Notes: generated by a model not told the origin, from the letters alone. A stretch of DNA of 64,000 nucleotides from Coleofasciculus sp. B1-GNL1-01 (GCA_040220235.1 JAVJTO010000030.1); one strand, 5' to 3'. Counted from the stretch's first letter, positions 20,483 through 31,113 are shown. Program-made: numbers and translations.

Positions 20483-21190
20483 TTAGGTTGATTTTGAACC
20501 ATCGTCATCAAAATCATAAGACTGCATGGGTAAGCAAATTAAATTATCCCCGTAGGTAGAAATCAATCCCTTCTTACGTAACTTTCCCATTAAGCGAGTC
20601 ACGGTGACACGAGTTGCACCAATTGCACTACCAATTTGCCCGTGAGTTAAAGGAAATGGCAAACAGTAGCCATCGGGTGTCGGTTCGCCAAATTCTTCAA
20701 TGATTAGAGTGAGTAATCCGAAAAGGCGATCAATAGTTTTGCGTTGTCCTAATGTGCTTAACCATAGGAGTTTACGCTGATGTTGATAGTGGAACGCATT
20801 AAAAACCTCACGCCGGAAGTGGGGCCAATTGTCTAGCTCATGCCAATACATCCAGAGAACTGAGGTTTGGTCAATATGGGAGTAGGCGGACAGAGTAAAG
20901 GGCGATTGGACGACAATTTCAAACGGCTGACCTGCACTGACAAATCCTAAAAAGGCTTCTTCTAAAATTGGGGGTAATGATCCGTCTGTTGAGTCATGGG
21001 AACTCAATTGAGTGGTACCCATTAGGCGTACTGTGCCTCGCTGCACGAGATACAGCAACCCTGAACGAGTGGGAATTCGCTCATCTTTGTTAAACGTTCG
21101 ATCGCGGTAGTGTTCCTGCGCCCAATCCAGAATCCGTTGCCAGGTTAAGAATGGTCGGGATGGGTCTGAGGTTGAGGGTTGGAAATTCAT
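20483..21190 (-). CDS. Crp/Fnr-family transcriptional regulator
   Basis: C-terminal HTH LTHGQIGSAIGATRVTVTRLMG. Confidence 0.9.
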   Translation of the reverse strand: MNFQPSTSDPSRPFLTWQRILDWAQEHYRDRTFNKDERIPTRSGLLYLVQRGTVRLMGTTQLSSHDSTDGSLPPILEEAFLGFVSAGQPFEIVVQSPFTLSAYSHIDQTSVLWMYWHELDNWPHFRREVFNAFHYQHQRKLLWLSTLGQRKTIDRLFGLLTLIIEEFGEPTPDGYCLPFPLTHGQIGSAIGATRVTVTRLMGKLRKKGLISTYGDNLICLPMQSYDFDDDGSKST

Positions 21191-21225
21191 AGATCGATTA
21201 GGATGGAGATCCCATTTGTCTCTCA

Positions 21226-22311
21226 GTGTACATGGAGTTTAAAGTAGCTAAAAATACATCTAACTACCGAGTTTTTACGGTAAAGTCGTTCAGTAAAGAT
21301 GTGAGTATCAAATCTCAGTTTCAACGACAGCTTTGGCAGGCAATTGATCGAATCAACACCTTACCCATAGCGGCTCAGTTGACACCGAATACTGTACCTT
21401 TACACCGTACCTCTATTTCTAATTATGTATGCTATCGGTCAGCGATCGCACTTAAGTTATCTTCGGCTTGGCAACAGACTCCCTTAGATATCGCTCATCA
21501 GCTTACCGAAGCTTTGCTAACGCTTTCTCAAGAGTCTGCTGACACGATTGGTATCAATTTTACCGTTGAAGTATTGCCTCCGGGCTGGATTCTTTTCCGA
21601 CTTGGCGATCGCGCTTTGGCTACTTACTTACAAGAGTGCTTTAAAATACCCTATTTTCCATCAGTGTCCCCAAATGACTTAAACGATAAATTTCACCCAA
21701 AAGGAGGAAGAGGGAACCGAGAAAAATCTCAACACAATCAGCCGGATTCTGATCAGCTTTTTCCCATTCAATATATTCATGCTCGTTGCTGTTCGCTTTT
21801 ACGCCTAGCTGACGAACAGGGGTTGATTGAAATCACCGATACAGGAGGGGGGGAAGATGTGGGAGATGGGAGAGATGGGGGAGATGGGGGAGCTGGGGAA
21901 GCTGGGGAAGCTGGGGGAGACAAGGAGGAATTGTTTCCAGTCACCACTCACCAACCCCCAATTATGATCGTTTCCCCAAATCCAATTCCTTGGCTCCAGG
22001 ATACAGGAGACTCCGATAGGGAGTCGGTACGCCTACGTTTAACCCATCCTGCTGAATGGGATTTGATTGTCCAGCTTTTTGATCTGTTAGATGTGATGAG
22101 TGCTTCCGATTGTCAGCGTTGGGTTAAACAAGGATTGATTGTCAGCGAGGCGTGTAATCAATTTTACAAGTTCTGTCGAATTTGGGGAGAGGTGAAAATT
22201 CACGACTTGCCCCTAGCGCAGGCGAGATTGGGGTTAATCGGGGTTACGCAAGTGGTATTGCGATCGCTCTTACAAGAGCAATTGGGTGTATCTGCCCCTA
22301 GAGTGTTGTAG
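21226..22311 (+). CDS. stand-alone ArgRS N-terminal plus DALR anticodon-binding domain protein
   Basis: PGWILFRL, IQYIHARCCSLLR, FYKFCRIWG, QARLGL, LGVSAP; no HIGH motif; start uncertain. Confidence 0.8.
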   Translation: MYMEFKVAKNTSNYRVFTVKSFSKDVSIKSQFQRQLWQAIDRINTLPIAAQLTPNTVPLHRTSISNYVCYRSAIALKLSSAWQQTPLDIAHQLTEALLTLSQESADTIGINFTVEVLPPGWILFRLGDRALATYLQECFKIPYFPSVSPNDLNDKFHPKGGRGNREKSQHNQPDSDQLFPIQYIHARCCSLLRLADEQGLIEITDTGGGEDVGDGRDGGDGGAGEAGEAGGDKEELFPVTTHQPPIMIVSPNPIPWLQDTGDSDRESVRLRLTHPAEWDLIVQLFDLLDVMSASDCQRWVKQGLIVSEACNQFYKFCRIWGEVKIHDLPLAQARLGLIGVTQVVLRSLLQEQLGVSAPRVL

Positions 22312-22445
22312 GCTACCTGTACAGCACTTTCTAACACGGTGTAGTACAGTAACCCTGAGACGGCTCTGTTCTGCTCTTGTTTGGGTGTATCACATCGAGG
22401 CGGATGCTTCGCTTTTATTGTACGGGAGAAGGGGAATCGGATTCT

Positions 22446-22565
22446 CTTGCTCCCCTCTTGCTCCCCTCTTACTCCCCTCTTACTCCCCTCTTACTCCCCT
22501 CTCCCAAGCTTGGGAGAGGGGCTGGGGGTGAGGGCTGGCTTGGGAGAGGGGCTGGGGGTGAGGGG
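22446..22565. repeat. TTACTCCCCTC tandem repeats plus CCCTCTCCCAAGCTTGGGAGAGGG palindromic dispersed repeat
   Basis: Direct inspection; related G/C-run palindromes at 38530-38620. Confidence 0.75.
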
Positions 22566-22709
22566 TTGAGCTTAAGTTGACACGGGCACGATATTATCGT
22601 ACCCCTACCCTAAATGGCTTTAAATTTAGCATTCGGCAATTGGGTATCGATAGAAATGGTAAGGTTTTTTTATTTTAGGGGCATAGAAAAATAACTTTTC
22701 TTACAAGAG

Positions 22710-22739
22710 GTGACAACCTCCATCAAATTCCGGTATGAT
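22710..22739 (+). promoter_or_regulatory. putative sigma70 promoter for the Yfr2-like RNA
   Basis: GTGACA-N18-TATGAT about 6 nt upstream of the GTGTGAGGAG start. Confidence 0.45.
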
Positions 22740-22745
22740 GCTGAA

Positions 22746-22810
22746 TGTGTGAGGAGCGAACCAGCGAGGGAACCGAGACGAAACACGGACAGTCGTCGGT
22801 TCCCTTTCTG
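22746..22810 (+). ncRNA. yfr2: Yfr2-family cyanobacterial sRNA
   Basis: 5' GTGTGAGGAG motif and stem GGGAACCGA..TCGGTTCCC presenting ACGAAACACGG in the loop. Confidence 0.7.
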
Positions 22811-22821
22811 ATCGAGGGACG

Positions 22822-23673
22822 TCACAGAATTAATGCTTCCAGGGCTGTGGCTACGCCGTCTTGTTCAACAGAGGGCGCTACCCATTGCGCGATCGCTTGG
22901 ACTTCCAGAGGCGCATTCCCCATCGCAACGCCAAACCCCGCATAGTCCAGCATTTCAATATCGTTAAAGTTATCGCCAATTGCCATAACATTTTGAGCCG
23001 TTAGTCCCAGTAAGTCTTCAGCGAGGTAGCGCACGGCTTCTCCTTTGTTGACGAGAGGATTGGTGGCTTCAAAGAAAGTGGCGACGGATTTAGTCAGGTA
23101 AAGTTCAGCCGGGGTGTATTTCTGGCGCAAGCGGCTAAATAATTGGTCGATAACTGTTGTATCCTGACAGAGGGCTAATACCTTGGTCGGTTCGTTGGTG
23201 AGTACCTGGCGCAAGTCACCCACGGATAGGGGGTGAATATCTGCCCGTTGAGCATAGCGTTGGGTTTCGGGGGTCATTTCCCGGACATACAATTGATCGT
23301 TGATATAGAAATGGACTGAAAGTTGCGATCGCAGCCACTCACTCTCAAAATAATCCAATAATTGTTCAGCCCTAGCACGGGAGACGGATAAATGGCGGTG
23401 AATTCTCTCTGTGGCGGGATCTTGAATCCAGGCGCCTTGATACGCCAGAATCGGTAGGGTAGAACCAACCTGCCGATGGAAGCGTAAAGCAGAACAGTAC
23501 ATGCGTCCGGTTGCGATCGCGACTTGAATTCCCTTTGTTTGTACCCTACGAATGGCTTGCTTTACAGGTTCTGTAATCGTGTTGGTTTCACCTGCGATCG
23601 TGCCATCAATATCCAGAACCAGTAATTGAATGTCCAGGCTATCTCGCTCTTGAGGCTCTAAGGATTGGGACAT
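22822..23673 (-). CDS. Cof-type HAD-IIB hydrolase
   Basis: LDIDGT, ATGR, NKG, GDNFND motifs. Confidence 0.93.
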   Translation of the reverse strand: MSQSLEPQERDSLDIQLLVLDIDGTIAGETNTITEPVKQAIRRVQTKGIQVAIATGRMYCSALRFHRQVGSTLPILAYQGAWIQDPATERIHRHLSVSRARAEQLLDYFESEWLRSQLSVHFYINDQLYVREMTPETQRYAQRADIHPLSVGDLRQVLTNEPTKVLALCQDTTVIDQLFSRLRQKYTPAELYLTKSVATFFEATNPLVNKGEAVRYLAEDLLGLTAQNVMAIGDNFNDIEMLDYAGFGVAMGNAPLEVQAIAQWVAPSVEQDGVATALEALIL

Positions 23674-23691
23674 TTGTTTTATAGTGTTTAT

Positions 23692-25029
23692 TTATACAGG
23701 GCGATACCGGGGAAAACTCGGTAACTCAATTGATGACAATGACTTAATCTTTTTCGGGCGTCGTAGGGGATAAACCACAGGTGAGGGCCAATTCGGTTGG
23801 GGGAGAGTTACCTCATTCTCTTCATCCCATTCATCTTCAGTCGCCTCAGTCTCTGCTGAGGATAGTTCGGATTCATCACCCATTTCGGCGTCCCTTCCGG
23901 GTTCGAGCATCCAAGGGTTTGGCTCCTGAGTTAAATCGTATGCTACTTCTGATAATCCTGAGGCTTGCGCCAGAGAGTTCATTTCCGCCAGAAGCTGTCG
24001 CTCAGCTTCTAACTCCGCCGCCGTACTGTCTGAAATCGGGGTTACGGTTGAGTCGGTTGGCGTTGTTGATGACTGAGACTCTGTGGGTTCAGTAACGTCT
24101 TCGGTATCAGTAGACGTTGCCAATAATGAATCAAGCTGGAGGGGACGATTCCAGAGGGGTTCGGTATCCGTTGAGGATTCGTCAGCGAGGAAATCCTGTT
24201 GAGCGGACCAAGGTTGGATGGGTTGGGCTTTGGGAACAACACCACCTACATCCCGTTTTGGACGGGTGGGTTGGGCTTCGCTTACCTGGCGATTCGGCAT
24301 TTCCAGGCATTTTTCCAGGGCGACTTTGAATTGTAAGGTTTGCTGTTGTTGTCGGTGTAAGCGGGTTTTCAGTTCTCGACAGGTATTAGCCGATTGCACT
24401 AATTGATGGGATTGTTCGTTATTCCGTTGCTGGGTGAGGGCGCATTCCCGTTCGAGTTGGGCGACTCGTTCTTGAGAGCTTTGGAGTTGTTCTGATAAGG
24501 TTTCAATCAGAATTTGCTGACGAGTGGCGGCTTGATGGGAGGATTCTAGGGTATGAAACAGACGAGTTAATTGGTCTTGCAGCGTGTTAAGTTCCTCACC
24601 TTGGCGGACAATCAGACTATCCTGCTCTTGCGATCGCAGCATCTCGGCGTTTAAGGCGTCCTGTTTTTCACTCAGGGCGTTTTGAAGTTGGGCAATTTGT
24701 TCCAGCAAGCGACGATTGCGCTGGCGCATTTTTTGAGCAAGGGCAAACCAATCGGCGTCTTTGTTGCGAGATTCTGCCAGGGTGGGGAGTGATTCAGGAT
24801 CGCTAGGTTCTGCCTCAACGTTGAGCGTGGAGTCTGACTCGACGGTTTGGTCGATTTCCACATCCGGCTGTGACTCATCCTCCTCATTCATGTCGGCTAT
24901 CTGAAAGAGGTTGAGCAGCGTCTGAGATTCAGGATTCTCTGGCTCATCGGGAGTATGTTCAGCACTCTCATCAGTCCATTCACTGGACTCCGGGAGAGGC
25001 TCTTTATTGGGGGTGTCAGAATCACTCAT
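23692..25029 (-). CDS. cyanobacterial coiled-coil hypothetical protein
   Basis: Long heptad region (VAQLERECAL, TLQFKVALEKCL), acidic linkers, WPSPVVYP...IELPSF tail. Confidence 0.8.
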   Translation of the reverse strand: MSDSDTPNKEPLPESSEWTDESAEHTPDEPENPESQTLLNLFQIADMNEEDESQPDVEIDQTVESDSTLNVEAEPSDPESLPTLAESRNKDADWFALAQKMRQRNRRLLEQIAQLQNALSEKQDALNAEMLRSQEQDSLIVRQGEELNTLQDQLTRLFHTLESSHQAATRQQILIETLSEQLQSSQERVAQLERECALTQQRNNEQSHQLVQSANTCRELKTRLHRQQQQTLQFKVALEKCLEMPNRQVSEAQPTRPKRDVGGVVPKAQPIQPWSAQQDFLADESSTDTEPLWNRPLQLDSLLATSTDTEDVTEPTESQSSTTPTDSTVTPISDSTAAELEAERQLLAEMNSLAQASGLSEVAYDLTQEPNPWMLEPGRDAEMGDESELSSAETEATEDEWDEENEVTLPQPNWPSPVVYPLRRPKKIKSLSSIELPSFPRYRPV

Positions 25030-25323
25030 TGCTCTTCATCCAGAGGGTCACAAATCAACCAAATTATCAATTATGGACTATGAATTTTAAGTTGTTATTG
25101 ATATAAACCAGTATTTTGGGTTTTAAGCTGGGGGATGGCTCAGAGCCAAGGTGAGTTAAGATTTCCTGGTTTTTGACTCCTTTCCAAAGTAAGACACAAA
25201 ACTCGCCAGATTACAAATTGTGCTGGGAGAATTTAACAACCGCCTCACCAGAGTATGCAAAAGCATCGGAATAAATCCCCTCTACCCCTCTGCCTTCTGC
25301 TTTCTGCCCTCTGCCTTTGTTTT

Positions 25324-26379
25324 TCATGACGCCTTGACGAGGATGTCTACCAATAAATCTTGATGCATCAACGCCCGATCAACTAAGGATTGGATTTGAT
25401 CGCGGCTAAGAGGATTACCATTGGCATAGTAATCGATCCAGGTATGCGCGATCGCGTTTGGGTCATCGGGTATGTCGGTTAACCTCCATCCTGGCAAGTC
25501 GAGTTCTGCCATTAGAGAATCAACCTTCGGGTCATAGCTTAAGGCAAAACAGCGACAGTCTTGGGCTGCTGCCATAATCAGACTGTGGTAGCGCATCCCA
25601 ATTGCCATTTCTACCCCGCGAAACAATCCTTTTAATTGTTGGGGTTCATCGAGCTGAAAAATCTGATGGGTATCCGGAAGCTGGGAGGCAATGGATTGGG
25701 CAATACTCAGATCTTGAGATGCCTGAAATGGCACAAGGAGTATACAGGTTTTGGTTGCCCTCTGAAAGTCTATCAGAGCTTGGGTGAGGTTGGCGAGACG
25801 CTCTTGGGTGAGATGGGGGTGCGATCGCAAGGTGACGGCGACTCTGGGTGCTTTTAAGTCCCATAATCCGGGGACTGGGGTTGAGTCTAATGCCCACACT
25901 GGATCAGGAGCCACCCGAAACGGAACCTGCCAATCAGCTAGGAGAGCGGCTGAGGTGCGATCGCGGACACTGACGCCTGTACATCCCTGAAAACATTGTC
26001 GTGCCATCCAGCGCGTCAGAGGGCGCTGCAATGGACCAATTCCCTGCGCCCAAGCAATGGTTTTTAAGCCCTGCTGTTGAGCTAATCCCATTAAACCACT
26101 GTAGTACACTGGACTCATGGCACTGGTGGCGTCTTGGATTAAACTGCCACCCCCCCAGATAAAACTATCGGCTTGGTTTAAGGCTTGCAAGACGCGAAAC
26201 GCTGAGGTGCGATCGCAGGTTTCTACCCCATAGCGTTTCCGGGTTTGGTTCGGATTACCTGAAAGCACCAGTGGTGTTATCGATTTAGGCAGCATTTGTA
26301 GCAACGACGCCAGTAACGCCTCATCACCCCCATTGCCCTTGCCATAATATCCGCATACTATTGCCCGTTTCTGCCCCAT
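25324..26379 (-). CDS. csaB: polysaccharide pyruvyl transferase CsaB
   Basis: GYYGKGNGGDEALL, GGGSLIQD, AQGIGP, SVRD, MRYH. Confidence 0.92.
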   Translation of the reverse strand: MGQKRAIVCGYYGKGNGGDEALLASLLQMLPKSITPLVLSGNPNQTRKRYGVETCDRTSAFRVLQALNQADSFIWGGGSLIQDATSAMSPVYYSGLMGLAQQQGLKTIAWAQGIGPLQRPLTRWMARQCFQGCTGVSVRDRTSAALLADWQVPFRVAPDPVWALDSTPVPGLWDLKAPRVAVTLRSHPHLTQERLANLTQALIDFQRATKTCILLVPFQASQDLSIAQSIASQLPDTHQIFQLDEPQQLKGLFRGVEMAIGMRYHSLIMAAAQDCRCFALSYDPKVDSLMAELDLPGWRLTDIPDDPNAIAHTWIDYYANGNPLSRDQIQSLVDRALMHQDLLVDILVKAS

Positions 26380-26536
26380 GCCCTGATTCGTGATCCGTGT
26401 TTGGTATCAGTTTAGGACAATCCGCGATCGCTGTGTCGATTAGGGTTGAGATAGGTGTGTCGTTTTAGAATTACACTTGTAATACAATTAGATTACCAAA
26501 GATCTGTTTCTCGCGATCGCACTCCCAATTCACGGA

Positions 26537-27466
26537 ATGAATCCTAACTTAATTCTGCCCGTCGGCACACAAATTGTCAGTCGTGTCGAGGTAAAAAATT
26601 CTGCCAATGAACCGTTATGTGTACGCGGTGCGGTTGGTGTTATCGTCACATCCCCCACCGATAATTCCCATGCCTACCGTATCCGTTTGCCGAACAACGT
26701 TGAAATTACTCTAAATCGACAAGAATTTAGTATCCGTAAACATTTTCAAAGCGAAGGATTACAGCAAGCCGCTGATAGCCTGAGTGATTACAATTTATAT
26801 GAGTATGTCATCTATCGTTGTATCGTCGGGTCTAGGGCATTTGGTTTAGATCAGGAAACCTCAGACATTGACCGTCGCGGGATTTACTTACCGCCTGCTG
26901 ACGTTCACTGGTCACTTTACGGTATTCCCGAACAATTAGAAAATAAAGAAAACCAAGAATGTTATTGGGAACTCCAAAAGTTTTTACTCTTGGCACTAAA
27001 AGCCAACCCCAACGTTTTAGAATGCTTGTACACACCCTTAGTCGAGACAGCCAGCCCCATCGCAAAAGATCTGCTAGAGCAGCGAGAAATGTTTCTCTCG
27101 AAATTAGTCTATCAAACCTATAACGGTTATGTCATGTCCCAATTCAAAAAAATGGAGCAATATCTCCGCACCAAAGGAAAAATTCGCTTAAAACACGCCA
27201 TGCATTTGATCCGCTTATTATTATCAGGGATTACAATTCTCAGAGACGGCTTTGTTCCGGTTAAAGTGGATAACTATCGACAGCAGTTGCTAGCGATTCG
27301 CCAGGGTGACATGGCATGGGACGAAGTAAATACTTGGCGATTATCCTTACATCATCAGTTTGATCAAGCCTTGAGAAACACCTCATTACCCGAACGCCCA
27401 GACTATGAAAAAGCCAACACCTTCTTAATAAAAGCAAGGCGAACTCGTTCGTCGTTATGCTTGTAG
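26537..27466 (+). CDS. Pol-beta superfamily nucleotidyltransferase (RlaP/Nuc-transf-like) with extra N-terminal domain
   Basis: GSRAFGL...SDIDRRG, KANPNVLECL, KHAMHLIRLL. Confidence 0.85.
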   Translation: MNPNLILPVGTQIVSRVEVKNSANEPLCVRGAVGVIVTSPTDNSHAYRIRLPNNVEITLNRQEFSIRKHFQSEGLQQAADSLSDYNLYEYVIYRCIVGSRAFGLDQETSDIDRRGIYLPPADVHWSLYGIPEQLENKENQECYWELQKFLLLALKANPNVLECLYTPLVETASPIAKDLLEQREMFLSKLVYQTYNGYVMSQFKKMEQYLRTKGKIRLKHAMHLIRLLLSGITILRDGFVPVKVDNYRQQLLAIRQGDMAWDEVNTWRLSLHHQFDQALRNTSLPERPDYEKANTFLIKARRTRSSLCL

Positions 27467-27632
27467 TTGCGCTTGTAGTTGCGCTTTAGCGCCCTAAACG
27501 TCTGCCTCCCTTCCTCTAATGAATAAAATATCAAAACATTTGCCACACATCATAACCTGAAAAGACGTAGCATGCTACGTCTCTACACCACCAACCCTTA
27601 TCCGTCTAGAAAAAAAATCGCAAATAAACCTC

Positions 27633-28568
27633 ATGTGTGATACATTTGTCGCCTTACCCAACTCAACACTCAACAGCGATATTATATTCGGTAAAAATAG
27701 CGATCGCCCCCAGGGTGAAATTCAAGATGTTGTCGTCATTCCCGCCAAAAACTACAACTCAAATACAACAGTTGAATGCACCTATATCTCAATTCCCCAA
27801 GTCAAGAAAACCCTAGCCGTGATCCTCTCCAAACCCCGATGGATGTGGGGTGCAGAAATGGGGGCAAATGAATGTGGCGTTGTCATTGGCAACGAAGCCG
27901 TTTGGACAGTTGAACCCTATAAAACCAAAGGGTTGCTGGGCATGGATTTAGTTCGCTTAGGCTTAGAACGCGGCAAAACAGCGTTAGACGCGCTTCATGT
28001 AATCACCTCGTTGCTAAACAAATATGGACAAGGCGGAAATTGTGCCGAAAACTTTGCCATGAATTATCATAATTCATTTATTCTGGCAGATTCCCAAGAC
28101 GCTTGGGTGTTAGAAACCGCAGGCGAGTATTGGGTAGCTGAACGAGTGCAGCAAGAAACCCGATCAATTTCTAATAATCTCAGTATTCGCAATTCGGGTG
28201 ATCTGCGCCATCCAGAGGTGATTAATTATGCGGTGAATCGGGGATGGTGTACGGGAGACGATGATTTTGATTTTGCCAGTATTTTCTCGGAAGGAGGCTA
28301 TTCAGAATCCCTATCCATTGATTCCAGAGAAGGGACAGTCAGACATTTATGTCAAGTTAATGAAGGCAAATTTTCGATTGAGACAGCGCAATCAATTTTA
28401 CGAGAACACAAAGGTAATATTTGTATGCACGGTGCGTTTGAAAGTGCCGGAAGTCAAGTCTCGTCTCTGTCGCCAGATGGCTGTAAACACTGGTTTATTG
28501 AACAACCATTTCCCTGTCAGCAAACTTATCAACAAAAGCGTTTTTTAGTCGATTCAGTGTCGGTATAG
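27633..28568 (+). CDS. C69 dipeptidase / secernin-like Ntn hydrolase
   Basis: N-terminal MCDT nucleophile, FGKNSDR, WMWGAEMGANE, LLGMDLVRLGLER. Confidence 0.9.
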   Translation: MCDTFVALPNSTLNSDIIFGKNSDRPQGEIQDVVVIPAKNYNSNTTVECTYISIPQVKKTLAVILSKPRWMWGAEMGANECGVVIGNEAVWTVEPYKTKGLLGMDLVRLGLERGKTALDALHVITSLLNKYGQGGNCAENFAMNYHNSFILADSQDAWVLETAGEYWVAERVQQETRSISNNLSIRNSGDLRHPEVINYAVNRGWCTGDDDFDFASIFSEGGYSESLSIDSREGTVRHLCQVNEGKFSIETAQSILREHKGNICMHGAFESAGSQVSSLSPDGCKHWFIEQPFPCQQTYQQKRFLVDSVSV

Positions 28569-28809
28569 CCTCGTTCCCAGACTCCGCCTAGGAATATCTC
28601 GCTTGAGGCTCTGCCTCCGGTAGTCGCGGCTGAAGCCGCCAAGAATTTCCGGATCAAAATTGGTAAAAATTGTAGCTTAAATTGACACGGATGCTGCCCA
28701 TTAGAGGCTGCCCCGATGATGGGAGGCAAACCCTCCCCGCTAGCATTCCCAGGTTCTGACTGGGAACGAGAGTGTTCCTGGAAGACTACTCACTGGTTTT
28801 AGGCAAGTC

Positions 28810-29568
28810 ATGATTGAAAGACAAAATCGCTTACTTCCCGCTGTTGGCAAACAGCCGTATCCGCTATTATTTGTCACCATTAGTGGGGCGCATTTATATG
28901 GATTTCCTTCACCTGATTCTGATTACGATTTGCGCGGTAGTCACATTTTACCAATACAAGACGTCGTCGGACTAGAAACCGGACGTGAGACAATTGAAGT
29001 TGCCGAAAGTCGAGATACATTAGAACTAGATTTAGTCACTCACGATATCAAAAAGTTCTTTTCTCTGCTGCTAAAAAAGAATGGATATGTCTTAGAGCAA
29101 TTGTACTCTCCCCTAATTGTTCATACAACTCCAGAACATCAAGAATTGAAAGCGATCGCGAAAGGATGCATCACCCGCCACCACAGCCATCACTACTTAG
29201 GTTTTGCCCGAACTCAGTGGCGACTGTTTGGCAAAGAATGTCCGCGCCGTATTAAGCCCTTGCTTTATGTCTATCGCGTTTTACTTACGGGTATTCATTT
29301 AATGAAAACTGGTGAAGTGGAAGCCAATTTACTCAAATTGAATCAAGAATTTGGATTATCCTTTATTTCCGATTTAATTACCCAGAAATTAACCAGTGCG
29401 GAAAAATCTCCGATAGAAGAGGGAGATTTAGCATTTTATCGGGGAGAATACGAACGACTCTATGCAGAATTAGAACAAGCCAGTCAGTCGAGTGAACTAC
29501 CCGCCACACCATCAGCAAAAGAGGCGTTGAATGACATGCTGATTCGGTTACGCTTAAACTCTCTTTGA
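28810..29568 (+). CDS. Pol-beta superfamily nucleotidyltransferase (RlaP/YcgL-like)
   Basis: SGAHLYGFPSPDSDYDLRG, NGYVLEQLYSP, KPLLYVYR. Confidence 0.88.
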   Translation: MIERQNRLLPAVGKQPYPLLFVTISGAHLYGFPSPDSDYDLRGSHILPIQDVVGLETGRETIEVAESRDTLELDLVTHDIKKFFSLLLKKNGYVLEQLYSPLIVHTTPEHQELKAIAKGCITRHHSHHYLGFARTQWRLFGKECPRRIKPLLYVYRVLLTGIHLMKTGEVEANLLKLNQEFGLSFISDLITQKLTSAEKSPIEEGDLAFYRGEYERLYAELEQASQSSELPATPSAKEALNDMLIRLRLNSL

Positions 29569-29775
29569 CATCCACTAATACCCCTGGGGTTAAGAGATGA
29601 TGTCTTGGGAAAGGGCAGGTTTTGTTGAGTAGTTATCGGTGATATCCTAATTAAATGGCTAAACCTGCCCCTACACTATTACTTATTTTATGAAAAGCAG
29701 GTTTGATTGAGCAGTTATTGGTGATACTCTAATTGAATGGTTAATATAACTTCTTTACACGATAGGAAATAAACG

Positions 29776-30522
29776 GTGTTCAAGGAAAAATTAAGCCAAA
29801 TCATTGCATCTGTCATCCAGATTTGGCGATCGCAAGCAACTAAACCTCTATTCTGGAAGCTGTCTATTATCCCAATTTTAGGGGTAATCCTCACAGTTGC
29901 AGGGCTTTGGGTGTTTCTAGAAATTGCAGATGAGGTGTTAGAGGATCAAACCCAGGCAATTGACAAAACGCTCATGTTGCTGGTCGAACGACTCCATTCG
30001 CCGTTGCTGGATTGGGTAATGCGGGGTGCTTCGATTATCGGTGGAACCGTGGTTGTTACTCTAATTTGCTTAATTTTAGGGGCAATATTTTGGGGGCGAC
30101 AACAGCGCGTTTATTTTACCGCTTTAGCGATTACGGCTATTGGTGGAACCGGATTAAACCTGTTAATTAAGCAGGTATTTAACCGTCAACGTCCCCAACT
30201 CTGGCAAATTACCACGGGTGAACCCAATACCTCCAGTTTTCCCAGTGGTCATGCCATGTTATCACTGGTAATCTATGGTTTTATTTGCTATTTGCTAGCC
30301 CGTCACTTTCGCCGTTGGCGGTGGTGGATTGTGAGTCTAATTATTGGGTTGATTGTCCTGATTGGCTTCAGTCGGGTTTATCTGGGTGTTCATTGGTTCA
30401 CGGATATTATAGCTGGACAAGCGGCGGGATTAACCTGGTTGATGGCTTGTTTATTAAATCTTGAGATTTACCGACGCTATCACCAATACCGTAATCATTC
30501 GCCGCAGTCACTCTCATCCTAA
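29776..30522 (+). CDS. PAP2-family membrane phosphatase
   Basis: KQVFNRQRP, SFPSGHA, SRVYLGVHWFTD. Confidence 0.92.
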   Translation: MFKEKLSQIIASVIQIWRSQATKPLFWKLSIIPILGVILTVAGLWVFLEIADEVLEDQTQAIDKTLMLLVERLHSPLLDWVMRGASIIGGTVVVTLICLILGAIFWGRQQRVYFTALAITAIGGTGLNLLIKQVFNRQRPQLWQITTGEPNTSSFPSGHAMLSLVIYGFICYLLARHFRRWRWWIVSLIIGLIVLIGFSRVYLGVHWFTDIIAGQAAGLTWLMACLLNLEIYRRYHQYRNHSPQSLSS

Positions 30523-30669
30523 TTTAAAGACAATGGCACGCTCAGTAAGCATTTTTATATCACCGAAATCCTCGATATACCGTAGGGTGGGCAATGCCCA
30601 CTAAGCCAAATTTCAATACCCTTCAATTTAAGAGTTATGGAGTTGTCGCAGCAATAAAGCCAAACCACT

Positions 30670-31113
30670 ATGGAAGCGGTTATCTTAATGGGAATTCAGG
30701 CGTCAGGGAAATCATCATTTTGCCGCGATCGCTTTTATAATACGCATATCCGGATTAATCTGGATATGCTGAAAACTCGGCATCGGGAAAAGATTCTGGT
30801 TCAAGCCTGTCTCGATGCTCAACAGCGGTTTGTCGTGGATAATACGAATCCAACTCCGGAAGATAGGGCGCGTTATATCCTACCTGCGAAGGACAAGGGA
30901 TTTCGGATCGTGGGGTATTATTTTCAATCGGTTCTCGAAGATTGTAAGCGACGGAATGCTCAACGCCAAGGGAAAAAGATGATTCCTGTACCAGGAATTT
31001 TAGCAACGCACAAAAAGCTGGTTTTACCAAGTGGGGATGAAGGCTTTGATGCGCTTTATTATGTGAAACTGGGGGCAAATTATTCGTTTATTGTTCAAGA
31101 GTGGAGTCAATAA
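30670..31113 (+). CDS. AAA_33 P-loop kinase (polynucleotide kinase-like)
   Basis: GIQASGKS, INLDML, VVDNTN, RNAQR. Confidence 0.85.
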   Translation: MEAVILMGIQASGKSSFCRDRFYNTHIRINLDMLKTRHREKILVQACLDAQQRFVVDNTNPTPEDRARYILPAKDKGFRIVGYYFQSVLEDCKRRNAQRQGKKMIPVPGILATHKKLVLPSGDEGFDALYYVKLGANYSFIVQEWSQ

